A DNA stretch of 64,000 nucleotides from Treponemataceae bacterium (GTDB taxonomy: Bacteria > Spirochaetota > Spirochaetia > Treponematales > Rectinemataceae). Below are positions 47,121-56,084 of this stretch, one piece after another. Under the pieces are notes generated by a model. That model worked only from the letters and a program-made list of their open reading frames with translations, was not told the origin of the DNA and searched no databases. The stretch is taken from assembly GCA_963678065.2 (NCBI GenBank), contig CAXXVZ010000005.1, forward strand, positions 96,001 through 160,000, given 5' to 3'. Made by a program: the position numbers and the translations under genes. The stretch's first letter is position 1, and each line of letters begins with the position of its first letter.

Positions 47121-48452
47121 TCAGTACGCTCCCTTGCCGGTCAGGACGGCGGGGATCGTCGCGAGGAGGAGGCGGAGGTCGAGAGAGAGACTGCGGCTCT
47201 CCAGATACTCGACATCGAGCTCCACCTGCCTGGGGAAGGGGATTTCGGAGCGGCCCGAGACCTGCCAGATGCAAGTCAGGCCGGGAACGGCCTCGAGGCG
47301 CCTGCGGTCCGCGGCCGTGTAGAGGGCGACCTCCCGGGGGACAGGCGGCCTCGGACCGACGAGGGAGAGGTCCCCTTTCAGGATGGACCAGAGCTGGGGC
47401 AGCTCGTCGAGGCTGTACTTGCGGATGACGAAGCCTATGGGGATGATGCGCGGATCCCTCTTCATCTTGAAGGTGATGCCGCCGGACATCTCGTTTTTGG
47501 CGAGGAGCTTGTCCTTCAGCTTGTCGGCATCCCGCACCATCGAGCGGAATTTCGGAAACGGAAAGGATTTTCCGTACTTTCCGATCCTGGTCTGGCTGTA
47601 GAAGACGGGGCCCGGATCGTCGAGCCATATGAGAAAGGCGACAAGGGCGAAGACCGGCCAGATAACCATGAGGAGGAGGGACACGAGCGTGACGTCGAGG
47701 ACCCGCTTCATGGCTGGGTACACTTTGTCCGACATGAACATCCGGAAGACGGGTCCGAAGCCCTTGGCAGCCGGGGCTGGGTGGGAGTAGCGGGACTCCA
47801 TCGCCTTTATGAGCGCGAGCCGGTCGGCCATCTCCGGCATTCCCTCCTGCGCGGAAGTCTGCGAAGGCGAGGCGGAAGGAGTCGCCCCCGCGACGCTCTT
47901 GTCGATGAGCCAGAGAATTTTCTGCGCGAGGAGATCCTGTCCCTCTTCCTCGTCCAGGACGAGGGTCGACGAGGCGAGGGCCTCGGGCGCCCAGGAACGG
48001 TATTCGGGCTCGATCGAGTCCGAATACATGGCGAGCGCCTCGACGCCGCCGGGAGATCCGGCCTCCATCAGGGCGTCGGCCCAGCGGAGGAGCATCAGGC
48101 GCTCCTCGATGTCGATGAAGACTTTCAGCGTGCACAGGGCCGCGATTCCGGGGACGGCGCACAGGGGGCCGAGGACGAGGAGAAGAACCCCGGCCTGGCC
48201 GGAATCCTTCTCGGCGATAATCTCGGCCCGGAAGGAGTCCAGGTCGTAGGATGAGGGGTTCTCAGTCGCGGCCAATGCGAGGTCTTTCCCTGCCTGCCGG
48301 AGGTTTTCGGCCGTGCGGACATATTTCGCGGCTTCCACGACGCGCACCTGGGTTTTCCCGCCCGCGGAAAGCCCCGCGGACACTCGCCCGGCGATGGATC
48401 GGGCTCCGGTCACGGCGGAGCCTCCGAGTCCCACGACAATGCATCCGCTCAT
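47121..48452 (-). CDS. Priming sugar transferase (Bac_transf/PGT) with an N-terminal uridine-kinase-like domain
   Basis: C-terminal KRVLDV, KFRSM, DPRI, RKYSLDELPQL, SLVGPRP, PGLTCIWQVSGR; N-terminal 200 aa follows the Udk motif order in degenerate form. Confidence 0.85.
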   Translation of the reverse strand: MSGCIVVGLGGSAVTGARSIAGRVSAGLSAGGKTQVRVVEAAKYVRTAENLRQAGKDLALAATENPSSYDLDSFRAEIIAEKDSGQAGVLLLVLGPLCAVPGIAALCTLKVFIDIEERLMLLRWADALMEAGSPGGVEALAMYSDSIEPEYRSWAPEALASSTLVLDEEEGQDLLAQKILWLIDKSVAGATPSASPSQTSAQEGMPEMADRLALIKAMESRYSHPAPAAKGFGPVFRMFMSDKVYPAMKRVLDVTLVSLLLMVIWPVFALVAFLIWLDDPGPVFYSQTRIGKYGKSFPFPKFRSMVRDADKLKDKLLAKNEMSGGITFKMKRDPRIIPIGFVIRKYSLDELPQLWSILKGDLSLVGPRPPVPREVALYTAADRRRLEAVPGLTCIWQVSGRSEIPFPRQVELDVEYLESRSLSLDLRLLLATIPAVLTGKGAY

Positions 48453-49600
48453 TTCTTTCCCCTCCGCGCGGCATCGAGTATCAGGTCGAGTGTGAGTCTT
48501 GCGGTCTGCTCCCATCCTGAGTTCGCTGTCCTCGCGAACCCCCTGGTCCTCAGCGAACCGAGGAGCCCGGGGTCGCCCGCGGCCATCTCGAGCTTGGCCT
48601 CGATGTCGGCCTCATTCTCGGGATCGAAATAGACGGCGGCGTCGCCCCCGACTTCGGGCAGGGAGGAGCGGTCGGAGCAGAACACGGGCACTCCCGCCGC
48701 CATGGCCTCGAGTATGGGCATCCCGAAGCCCTCGAAGAGAGAGGGGAAGAAAAGCGCTTCGGCTCCCCCGTAGAGTCCCATGAGGTCCTCGTTCGCGACG
48801 AAACCCGTGAAGCGGATGGAGTCCGCCGCGACGCACTCGGACGCGGCCTTGTGGACCAGCTCCGCGCGGTCCCAGTCGGCCCCCGCGAGGATGAGAGAGT
48901 GAGGCGCCCCCGTTCTGGCCTTGAAATCCGCGAAGGCTCTGATGAGCCGGACATGGTTTTTCCCGGGGTGCTCTATCCTCGATATGAACAGAAAATACGG
49001 CTTTCGCAGCCCGAGGCGCTCAGCCACGGCTCCGGCGTCCGCCGCCGCCGCGACAGGCGAGAAGCGCGCAAGGTCGACGCCGTGGAAGATGACGCTGATC
49101 CGGGAAGGATCGACGCGGGCGGTGCGCACGAGGTCGTCCTTCGTCGCTCCGCTGATCGAGATGACCTTGTCGAGGCCCCGGATGAGGCCGGGCACAAGCC
49201 CTTTTATGTAGATCTCGTGGCTCAGGGGGTATTTCCCCTTCATGTGAAGGCTGGAGAGATCGTGCACGGTTCCGACGGTAGGCACGCCGGCGAGGAGCGG
49301 AAGCCGCCTGTTCGCAGCGGGGAAAAACAGGACATCGATGCGGTTGCGCCTGCAGAACCCGCGCAGATGGGTGGCGTTCCAGAGGACATTCGGCAAGGGG
49401 CGCGTCACCTTTTCGTCGATGGGGATGAAGGAGAATCTCGGCGAATGCGGCATGAACACATCGCCCGCCTCCTCTGTTCCGAAAAGGATGTACTCCTCTT
49501 CGCCGGGAAGAAGGGCGAGAGATTTCAGAATCTCGATCAGGTAACGGCTGATGCCCGATTTGCCGAGATCGCAGCCCGACAAAGGTATTCCTATTCTCAT
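48449..49600 (-). CDS. Glycosyltransferase family 4 (GT-B)
   Basis: TVHDL, PSLFEGFGMPILEAMAAG, SSLPEV. Confidence 0.9.
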   Translation of the reverse strand: MRIGIPLSGCDLGKSGISRYLIEILKSLALLPGEEEYILFGTEEAGDVFMPHSPRFSFIPIDEKVTRPLPNVLWNATHLRGFCRRNRIDVLFFPAANRRLPLLAGVPTVGTVHDLSSLHMKGKYPLSHEIYIKGLVPGLIRGLDKVISISGATKDDLVRTARVDPSRISVIFHGVDLARFSPVAAAADAGAVAERLGLRKPYFLFISRIEHPGKNHVRLIRAFADFKARTGAPHSLILAGADWDRAELVHKAASECVAADSIRFTGFVANEDLMGLYGGAEALFFPSLFEGFGMPILEAMAAGVPVFCSDRSSLPEVGGDAAVYFDPENEADIEAKLEMAAGDPGLLGSLRTRGFARTANSGWEQTARLTLDLILDAARRGKK

Positions 49601-50841
49601 CGTATTCCTCCGGATTTCGGAACCGGGCCCTCCGGGATCGAAGCGACAGGGCTCAGATGGCGAAGCAAGTTGTCGATGCTGGACTCGAAGGCGTACTCGG
49701 TCGCCGCGATCCTCCGTCCGGCCTCGCCCATGGACTTCGCGAGGCTCCTGTCGTCGAGGAGCCTGCGGATGGCCGCTCCGAGGGCCGCGAGGTCGGCGCA
49801 GGGCGCGAGGATGCCGTTCACCCCGTCGCGGAGCCAGTCGGGGATTCCCCCCGATGCAAAACCGACGACAGGCAGGGATTTGCGCATGGCCTCGAGGCCG
49901 ATCATTCCGAAGGGCTCCGGCCAGCGGGAGGGCACGACTAGGCACTCGGCCCCGCGATAGAGGACGTCGAGCTTATCAGGGGAAATGGAGCCCTCGAAGC
50001 GGACGCGCGATTCGAGTCCCCGTTCGCGGACGAGCTCGCGCAGGCCGTCCCTGGCATTGCCGGACCCCGCGATGGAGAGTCGCAGTCCGGGGTAGTCAGG
50101 CGCGAGAAGGGAGAAAGCCTCGATGAGGAGGTCGACGCCTTTCCCGCGGATGAGCTGTCCGACATAGAGAATGTAGCGCCCGGCGGTGTTTCCGGGAGAG
50201 AGTTCCGCTGGCGGCGCGGCCGGCGGACCGGACAAAGATGCCGGCAGCGCCGGAGATGTCGGCGGCACGGGCGGCAGGATCGAAACCCGCTCAGGATCGA
50301 ATCCGTTGGCCAGAAGCTCGTTCCGCATGTAGGTCGAGCCGACGAGGATCCACGGAAGGCGCCGGTTGTCCGCGAGTTCGGAGAAGAAGCGGAAAGGTGA
50401 CTTGAAACCGATGAAGCGCCCCTTCCTCTCGATGAAACCCGCGTCGAAAAAGCAGAAGGCTCCGGCCGGCCGGTCGCAGATCGCCGAATTGGAGGCGTAG
50501 TACTTGTGCCGGCGGGGGCAGACCGTATCGTGATCGTGGATGTAGCGGATGAGCTTTATCCCCGGATCGAGCCGGAGGAAAGGTGCGACCCTGTCGACCT
50601 TGTGCAGGAAAACAGTGTCGAAGCTCCGCCGCCGCGCCTCATCGGCGAGGCCCGCCTCATCCTCCGCCCGGAACCACTCGGGGAAGGCCGCGAGGTAGTC
50701 GCCCGTCTCCTCTCCCCTCTGCTCGACGAAGCCGAGCGCGCAGTGAACGCCTTTCGCCGCGAGCGCGATGGCTGCCCGCCGCACATAGACCTCCACGCCG
50801 CCGAAGGCTCCGGCGTAACGGTTGACGAAGAGAACCCTCAT
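49597..50841 (-). CDS. Glycosyltransferase family 4
   Basis: GGVE, YVGQLIRGKG, PSRWPEPFGMIGLEAM. Confidence 0.9.
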   Translation of the reverse strand: MRVLFVNRYAGAFGGVEVYVRRAAIALAAKGVHCALGFVEQRGEETGDYLAAFPEWFRAEDEAGLADEARRRSFDTVFLHKVDRVAPFLRLDPGIKLIRYIHDHDTVCPRRHKYYASNSAICDRPAGAFCFFDAGFIERKGRFIGFKSPFRFFSELADNRRLPWILVGSTYMRNELLANGFDPERVSILPPVPPTSPALPASLSGPPAAPPAELSPGNTAGRYILYVGQLIRGKGVDLLIEAFSLLAPDYPGLRLSIAGSGNARDGLRELVRERGLESRVRFEGSISPDKLDVLYRGAECLVVPSRWPEPFGMIGLEAMRKSLPVVGFASGGIPDWLRDGVNGILAPCADLAALGAAIRRLLDDRSLAKSMGEAGRRIAATEYAFESSIDNLLRHLSPVASIPEGPVPKSGGIR

Positions 50842-52109
50842 GCGCGTTTTCCTCTGGAACGGCAGGATATCCTGAGCTCTTCATAGAGAGCGTCGAGCCG
50901 GTCCACGATGCGGTCCCAGGTATAATGGGCCTCGACCTCGGCCTGGCCGCTGCGTGTGAGGTTTCGCGCCAGCTCCCTGTCTCCGAGGATCTCGAACACC
51001 GCACGGGAAGCCTCGGCGACGCTGTCGGCTCCGGTCCCGGGCGCGAAGAGGAGGCCGTTCCTCCGGTCTGTCACGAAGGCGGGGATGCCGCCGACTCTCG
51101 CCGCGACAAGAGGAAGTCCAGCCGCCCAGGCCTCCAGAGCAACGACTCCGAAGGGCTCATGGATGGAGGGCAGAAGGAAGCAGTCCGCCGCAGCATAGGC
51201 CGCCGCGAGTTCTCCCGAGGCGTAATCCAGCTGTCCCGCAAGGATGGCCGCCCCGGAGAGGCCCTTACGCTCGATTTCGGACTCGATGGAAGTCCTGTAG
51301 GCCTCGTTGGTCGCGGGTCCGGCCATCACGAGACGGAGCTCCGGCAGCTTCGCGCGCAGCTGTTCGAGGACGGCGACCGCAAGAAGTTGGTTTTTCTGGG
51401 GATCGATCCGTCCGACGACCAGGATGAGGGGAGCTTCGGCCGGGATACCCCGCGCGCGGCGGAAGGCGGCGCCGGCTCCCGGGGGAGCTTTGAAGCGCGC
51501 GGGGTCGACGCCGTTGGGCATGAACTCGATACGCTTCTTCGGCATGGCCGCACGGAGCTCGTCGACCTCGAACCGGTCCACGCAGAGGATGGCATCCGCG
51601 TCGCTCACCACGCTGCGGCCGCCATAGATGAGTCCGATCAGCTTTCCCCACTCCAGGGAGCCTTTGCCGGGCTCGACGAGGTCACGCCGCTCCGATTCGG
51701 GGCTCCGCACGAGACCTCCGTGGAGGCTGATGAGATAGGGTATGCCGCGCCGTCTGGCCGCGGTCCGGACGAGGGCGCCCAGTCTCTTGCCGGTGTGCAG
51801 GTGGAAGATGTCCGGATCTTCCATCGCAAGAAGGCTCCGGTAAAGCCCGAAGGAAACGAGGTTGCCGCCCTTGCGGTCCATCCTGCCGCGGTCTTCCTCG
51901 GAGAGCCCGAGATAGGGATAGATGTGGGGATATCGCTTCACGGGGACTCCCTCGATCGTCTCCTCCCGGGCTTGCGCGAGCGCCATGCTCGTCGCGATAT
52001 GTACGCGGTCGCCGCGGAGAATCTGGCGCCGCGCGGTCTCGAGAATGACAGTCTCCGTGCCGCCCCACGCCTCGCGCACGAAGCGGCGCGGGATGTGCAC
52101 TATGTTCAT
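50838..52109 (-). CDS. Glycosyltransferase family 4
   Basis: WGGTE, PNGVD, GRIDPQKN, PSIHEPFGVVALEAW. Confidence 0.9.
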   Translation of the reverse strand: MNIVHIPRRFVREAWGGTETVILETARRQILRGDRVHIATSMALAQAREETIEGVPVKRYPHIYPYLGLSEEDRGRMDRKGGNLVSFGLYRSLLAMEDPDIFHLHTGKRLGALVRTAARRRGIPYLISLHGGLVRSPESERRDLVEPGKGSLEWGKLIGLIYGGRSVVSDADAILCVDRFEVDELRAAMPKKRIEFMPNGVDPARFKAPPGAGAAFRRARGIPAEAPLILVVGRIDPQKNQLLAVAVLEQLRAKLPELRLVMAGPATNEAYRTSIESEIERKGLSGAAILAGQLDYASGELAAAYAAADCFLLPSIHEPFGVVALEAWAAGLPLVAARVGGIPAFVTDRRNGLLFAPGTGADSVAEASRAVFEILGDRELARNLTRSGQAEVEAHYTWDRIVDRLDALYEELRISCRSRGKRA

Positions 52110-53374
52110 CGCCTTCCTCCGGGTCCGGGCAGGGTCTGTGCGATCGCTCCCTCGAGTATGGCCTCGAGCCTGTCCACGTAGCGCTCGAGGGAAAACTTCT
52201 CCTCCACGGTCTTGCGCCCGGCGAGAGCGAGCCGCCTCCGCAGCCCGGCATCCCCGGCGATCCTGGCGATGGCGGCGGCCAATTCACCAGGGTTTTCCTT
52301 CGCGAAGATGAGGGCGTTCTCGCCGTCCCGCAGGAACTCGCCGGGACCCCCGTGCCCGACGGACACGACGGGGGTGCCCGAAGCCATGGCCTCGAGATGG
52401 GTGAGCCCGAAAGGCTCGTCCCAGACCGAAGTGAACGCGAGGAGATCTGATTCGCGGTAGAGGGAAGCCATGAGGGAAGAGGATATCCTTCCGAGAAAGC
52501 GGGCCTCGATGCCGAGTTTCAGGGCGCGCTCGCGGAGCCTCTGTTCGTAGGCAGGATCCCCTGCCCCGGCTACGGTCAGAATGTAGCGCCCCGAAGACTT
52601 CAGGAGTCCCATGGCCTCCACGAGGGTGTGGACGCCCTTGTATTCATGCAGCTGGCCGGCATAGAGGACCCTGAAGGGATCTTGCGCCGATCCGGGCTCG
52701 GCTTTCAGGGGATAGGACTCGAGGGGAACGCCCTGGAAGGCGACGATGGAGCGCGAGAAGCGGGGATCGGCGCCGGCGAGGCGCTTGCGCACAGTGTCGG
52801 ATATGACGACGACGGGATCGAGGCGAAGTCTTTTGTAGGTCGAGGCGGGGAAGATGTACCGCTCCAGGACAGAGCGGGCCAGACCTTTGGGGCCGCCGCC
52901 TGCCGCCGGCCTGAAGCCGAGAATGTGGTCGTCGTTCATGGTGTAGACGACGGGCAGATCCCTCGACTCAGCCTCTCTCGCTGCGCCCAAACCCAACCTC
53001 AGCTGGCTCCATACGAAGACGACATCCGGCTTGAAACGCCCGATGGCCTCGGCCGCCGCGCGACGGTTCGACTTCTCCACCCTCTGACGTCCGCCCCTGG
53101 CCAGGCGGGGAGCTTCGCCGAAAGGAAGGTAGAGCCGGAGACTCCGCAGGACCGTCTCGCCGGCGGGACCTTTCTCTTCCCGCACCGCGCCGCCGACAGT
53201 GCCATTGCCGGTGGCACCATTGCCGATGGCTCCGGGAACGCCGGAGACGGGTGTCGTGAGAACCATAATGGAAGCCCCGCGCTTCACGAGGGAGGCGACG
53301 ACCTGGGCGCAGAGGATCTCGTAGCCGCCGAGAACCTTGGGAGGATACAGATTCGATACGATGAGAACTCGCAT
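52106..53374 (-). CDS. Glycosyltransferase family 4
   Basis: YPPKVLGGYE, YAGQLHEYKG, SVWDEPFGLTHLEAM. Confidence 0.9.
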   Translation of the reverse strand: MRVLIVSNLYPPKVLGGYEILCAQVVASLVKRGASIMVLTTPVSGVPGAIGNGATGNGTVGGAVREEKGPAGETVLRSLRLYLPFGEAPRLARGGRQRVEKSNRRAAAEAIGRFKPDVVFVWSQLRLGLGAAREAESRDLPVVYTMNDDHILGFRPAAGGGPKGLARSVLERYIFPASTYKRLRLDPVVVISDTVRKRLAGADPRFSRSIVAFQGVPLESYPLKAEPGSAQDPFRVLYAGQLHEYKGVHTLVEAMGLLKSSGRYILTVAGAGDPAYEQRLRERALKLGIEARFLGRISSSLMASLYRESDLLAFTSVWDEPFGLTHLEAMASGTPVVSVGHGGPGEFLRDGENALIFAKENPGELAAAIARIAGDAGLRRRLALAGRKTVEEKFSLERYVDRLEAILEGAIAQTLPGPGGRR

Positions 53375-53377
53375 GAC

Positions 53378-56068
53378 TTACTCCCGGTTGAAGGCGGGGA
53401 TCACATCGGTGAAGACGACCCCGAGCACCCGCTTGTGTCCGAGTTCGGTGATGGCCTGTTCAACTTCACGGGGCGTGACGGTCCTGGCGCGGATACACAT
53501 GATGACCGCGTCGCAGTTCTTCGCGACGATGGCCGCGTCAGCGAAACCGAGGACGGCGGGGGCCTCGAGCACGACGATGCTGTAGGTCTTCGAGGCGGAT
53601 TCGAGAAGCTCCCGGAAACGATTCGAGCCGAGGAGGTCGGGCAGAGCCTCTTCGGCTCCGCGCGTCACGAGATCGACGCCCGGCATGATGGATTGGGTCG
53701 CGATTTCTCCGAGATCCTGGGCGCGGTAGGTCAGGTACTCGCCGGTGCCGGCAAGTGGCATCTCTGCCGTAGCTTCCCGGGTATCGAGCCCGGCCAGCGG
53801 CCAAGCCTCGGCCGAGCCGCGGGTTTCGGTGTCAAGTATGAGGACGCGTTCGTCGGAGCGCCCCCAGATGAGGCCGAGGTTGGCCGCGACGAGGCTCTTT
53901 CCGCCTGAGCCGGTCGGAGATGCGAGGAGTATCCTGACACCTTTGCCGGGCACTTCCCTGCGGAGACGGAGGGCGAGGAGCCGGAATTTTTCGATAAGCG
54001 CCGGATCGCCGTCAGTCCCGGGCATTATCTTGTTGCGGTCGGAACGGGGCAGGACGGAGAGGATGGGCAGACCGAGAGTGAGACGTGCCTCCGCGGGCGA
54101 ACGGATACGTCTGTCGAAGAGCTCGAAAGCCGCGATGGAGCCCCAGCCGATAAGGAGTATGACGAAGGAAAAGGCGATCAGTATGGTCTTTCTATTCGAA
54201 CTGGTCGCGAAAACAGGAATCGGAGCCTGCGAAATGATCTTGAAATCGGCGGAGCCCTTGGCGAGGGCGGTGTCGGCCTGGGCCACCATCTTCTCGAGAC
54301 CTTTGACCTCCGCGGAAAGGCCCGCGGCATCAGTCGTCAGCTGCGCATATTCCTTGTTCACCTCAGGGAGCGTATCGATGGCCTTCTGCGCGTTCTTGAC
54401 CATGTTGTCGTAGTTCGTGAAAGACCCCTCGACCGCGACCAGTTCAAGTTTTGCGTCGAAGCGCTTGAGGGTGAGTTCGTGGAGGAGCTGCTCCTCGGGG
54501 CTCTGAGAGAGAGAGGGGGTTGAGAGACTCGCGCGGAGACTGTCGATCTGGGTGAGGATGCCTGTCGTCTCCTGATCGCTCTGTCCGGCCAAAGTCGCTT
54601 TTTCGTAGTCGGCGCGCGCGCGATCGAGTTCGGATTTTGTCGCGAGCCCCTCTTTGTACAGCTGATTGAGTCTGTTGAGGTCTTCCTGACGCGCCGTGAT
54701 CTCCGCCTGGGCCCCCCGGCGAGCGTTCGCATCCTCGAGCTGGCGGGTCAGAGAAGCTATCTTCGCCTCGATCTCCGCATTGCTCGGCTTGCCGCTCTCG
54801 ATATCCTTGGTCGTCTTGATCTGGGACGTAAGATCGGAAATAGACTGGTCGAGAGATTTTATCTGAACCTGGAGAGTCGCTCTCCGCGAAGAGGCATCAT
54901 CGCGCAGGGAACGCAGCCGGACGAGTTCCTGGACGACCTGCTCGCTCTCTTTTTTTATGTCGACAATATTGTGCTTGTCGGTAAAGACCTTCAGATCCGA
55001 CTCCGTCTGCTTCCATTTAGCCAAAACATCCTTGTAGCGCGAAGAGAGCCTCGCCTGCATGTCGATGAGGTTCTCCTTGTTGACCGCCTTGTTGGATTCT
55101 ATGAATACGTCGACGAGAACGTTCGTGAGGGCGGCCGCGGTCTCCGGGTCATCCCAGGTGGTGTGCACCGTCATGAGTTCGGTTTCTTTCTGCACTCCGA
55201 CGCGGACAGCCGAGCCGATCGTGTTGAGGGGCACCTTGAGCTTGAGTGCGGCGCGGACACTTTCCATGTTCTTGGGAATCTTGACGGTATTGAGTAGGGT
55301 CTTTATGGCGACCGATCCAACCTGCAACCTCTCTTTGCGCGACCCTTGGCGGTAGATGAAGGTCGTGGACGGATCGATATTCTGAAGCACTTCGTACTCG
55401 TCCGACAGCTCGTTGTCGGAGGGTTTGTAGAGAAGGACGGCTTCGGTCTCGAAGATGGCCTTTCCGAGGAATTTGGCCGCGACCAGTCCCGCTCCGATGG
55501 CCACCACGAAGATGGCCAGAAGTATCCATTTATGGGAAAAGAAGGCCGTAAGGAAGGTCCCCATATCGAAGCCCATGCCCGTCGGCTTCTCGCCGGAGGG
55601 CGTAGACTCGGCCTGAGTCGCGGGTTGGGGCTCGGGGCCACGCGGAAGCAGAACGCCGGAATATAGCGGACCCCACGCGTCGACGAATTCGGGCCGCGGT
55701 TCGTTGCTCTGGAAAAAGCGCGACACCTCGACCTGCTGCGCCAAGCGGTCGTAGCCTCCCGAATCGAAGGAAAAAAAGGCCGCAGCCTCTGTAGGCTGGA
55801 CCACGATATCAGGGGCGGATTCGCGGATCGCATCCGACAGCGAACCCGACGCGACGATTCGCAGCCCTCCGCCCAAGGAATCCAGTTTTTCGGCGAATTT
55901 TCCCAGGATAGCGCAGGCTTCCGGTTCGATCTCACCGACGGCCGAGAGGTCGAGGACAAGCTTGCTTCGACCGCTCAGAGTTGTCTCTATGCGGAGGATT
56001 GCGTTTCGAGCCGTCTGGGCATCCAGCCGGCTGTCGGCAAGATGCACTGTCATGTAGCCGTTCGACAA
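53378..56068 (-). CDS. Wzc/GumC-like polysaccharide co-polymerase with an N-terminal STAS-like domain and a degenerate BY-kinase domain
   Basis: STAS-like LVLDLSAVGEI; TM, long coiled-coil, TM; ELFDRRIRSP, EKFRLL, SPTGSGGKS; TTG start after GAGGAGGGGAG. Confidence 0.8.
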   Translation of the reverse strand: MSNGYMTVHLADSRLDAQTARNAILRIETTLSGRSKLVLDLSAVGEIEPEACAILGKFAEKLDSLGGGLRIVASGSLSDAIRESAPDIVVQPTEAAAFFSFDSGGYDRLAQQVEVSRFFQSNEPRPEFVDAWGPLYSGVLLPRGPEPQPATQAESTPSGEKPTGMGFDMGTFLTAFFSHKWILLAIFVVAIGAGLVAAKFLGKAIFETEAVLLYKPSDNELSDEYEVLQNIDPSTTFIYRQGSRKERLQVGSVAIKTLLNTVKIPKNMESVRAALKLKVPLNTIGSAVRVGVQKETELMTVHTTWDDPETAAALTNVLVDVFIESNKAVNKENLIDMQARLSSRYKDVLAKWKQTESDLKVFTDKHNIVDIKKESEQVVQELVRLRSLRDDASSRRATLQVQIKSLDQSISDLTSQIKTTKDIESGKPSNAEIEAKIASLTRQLEDANARRGAQAEITARQEDLNRLNQLYKEGLATKSELDRARADYEKATLAGQSDQETTGILTQIDSLRASLSTPSLSQSPEEQLLHELTLKRFDAKLELVAVEGSFTNYDNMVKNAQKAIDTLPEVNKEYAQLTTDAAGLSAEVKGLEKMVAQADTALAKGSADFKIISQAPIPVFATSSNRKTILIAFSFVILLIGWGSIAAFELFDRRIRSPAEARLTLGLPILSVLPRSDRNKIMPGTDGDPALIEKFRLLALRLRREVPGKGVRILLASPTGSGGKSLVAANLGLIWGRSDERVLILDTETRGSAEAWPLAGLDTREATAEMPLAGTGEYLTYRAQDLGEIATQSIMPGVDLVTRGAEEALPDLLGSNRFRELLESASKTYSIVVLEAPAVLGFADAAIVAKNCDAVIMCIRARTVTPREVEQAITELGHKRVLGVVFTDVIPAFNRE

Positions 56069-56084
56069 CTCCCCCTCCTCTTTC

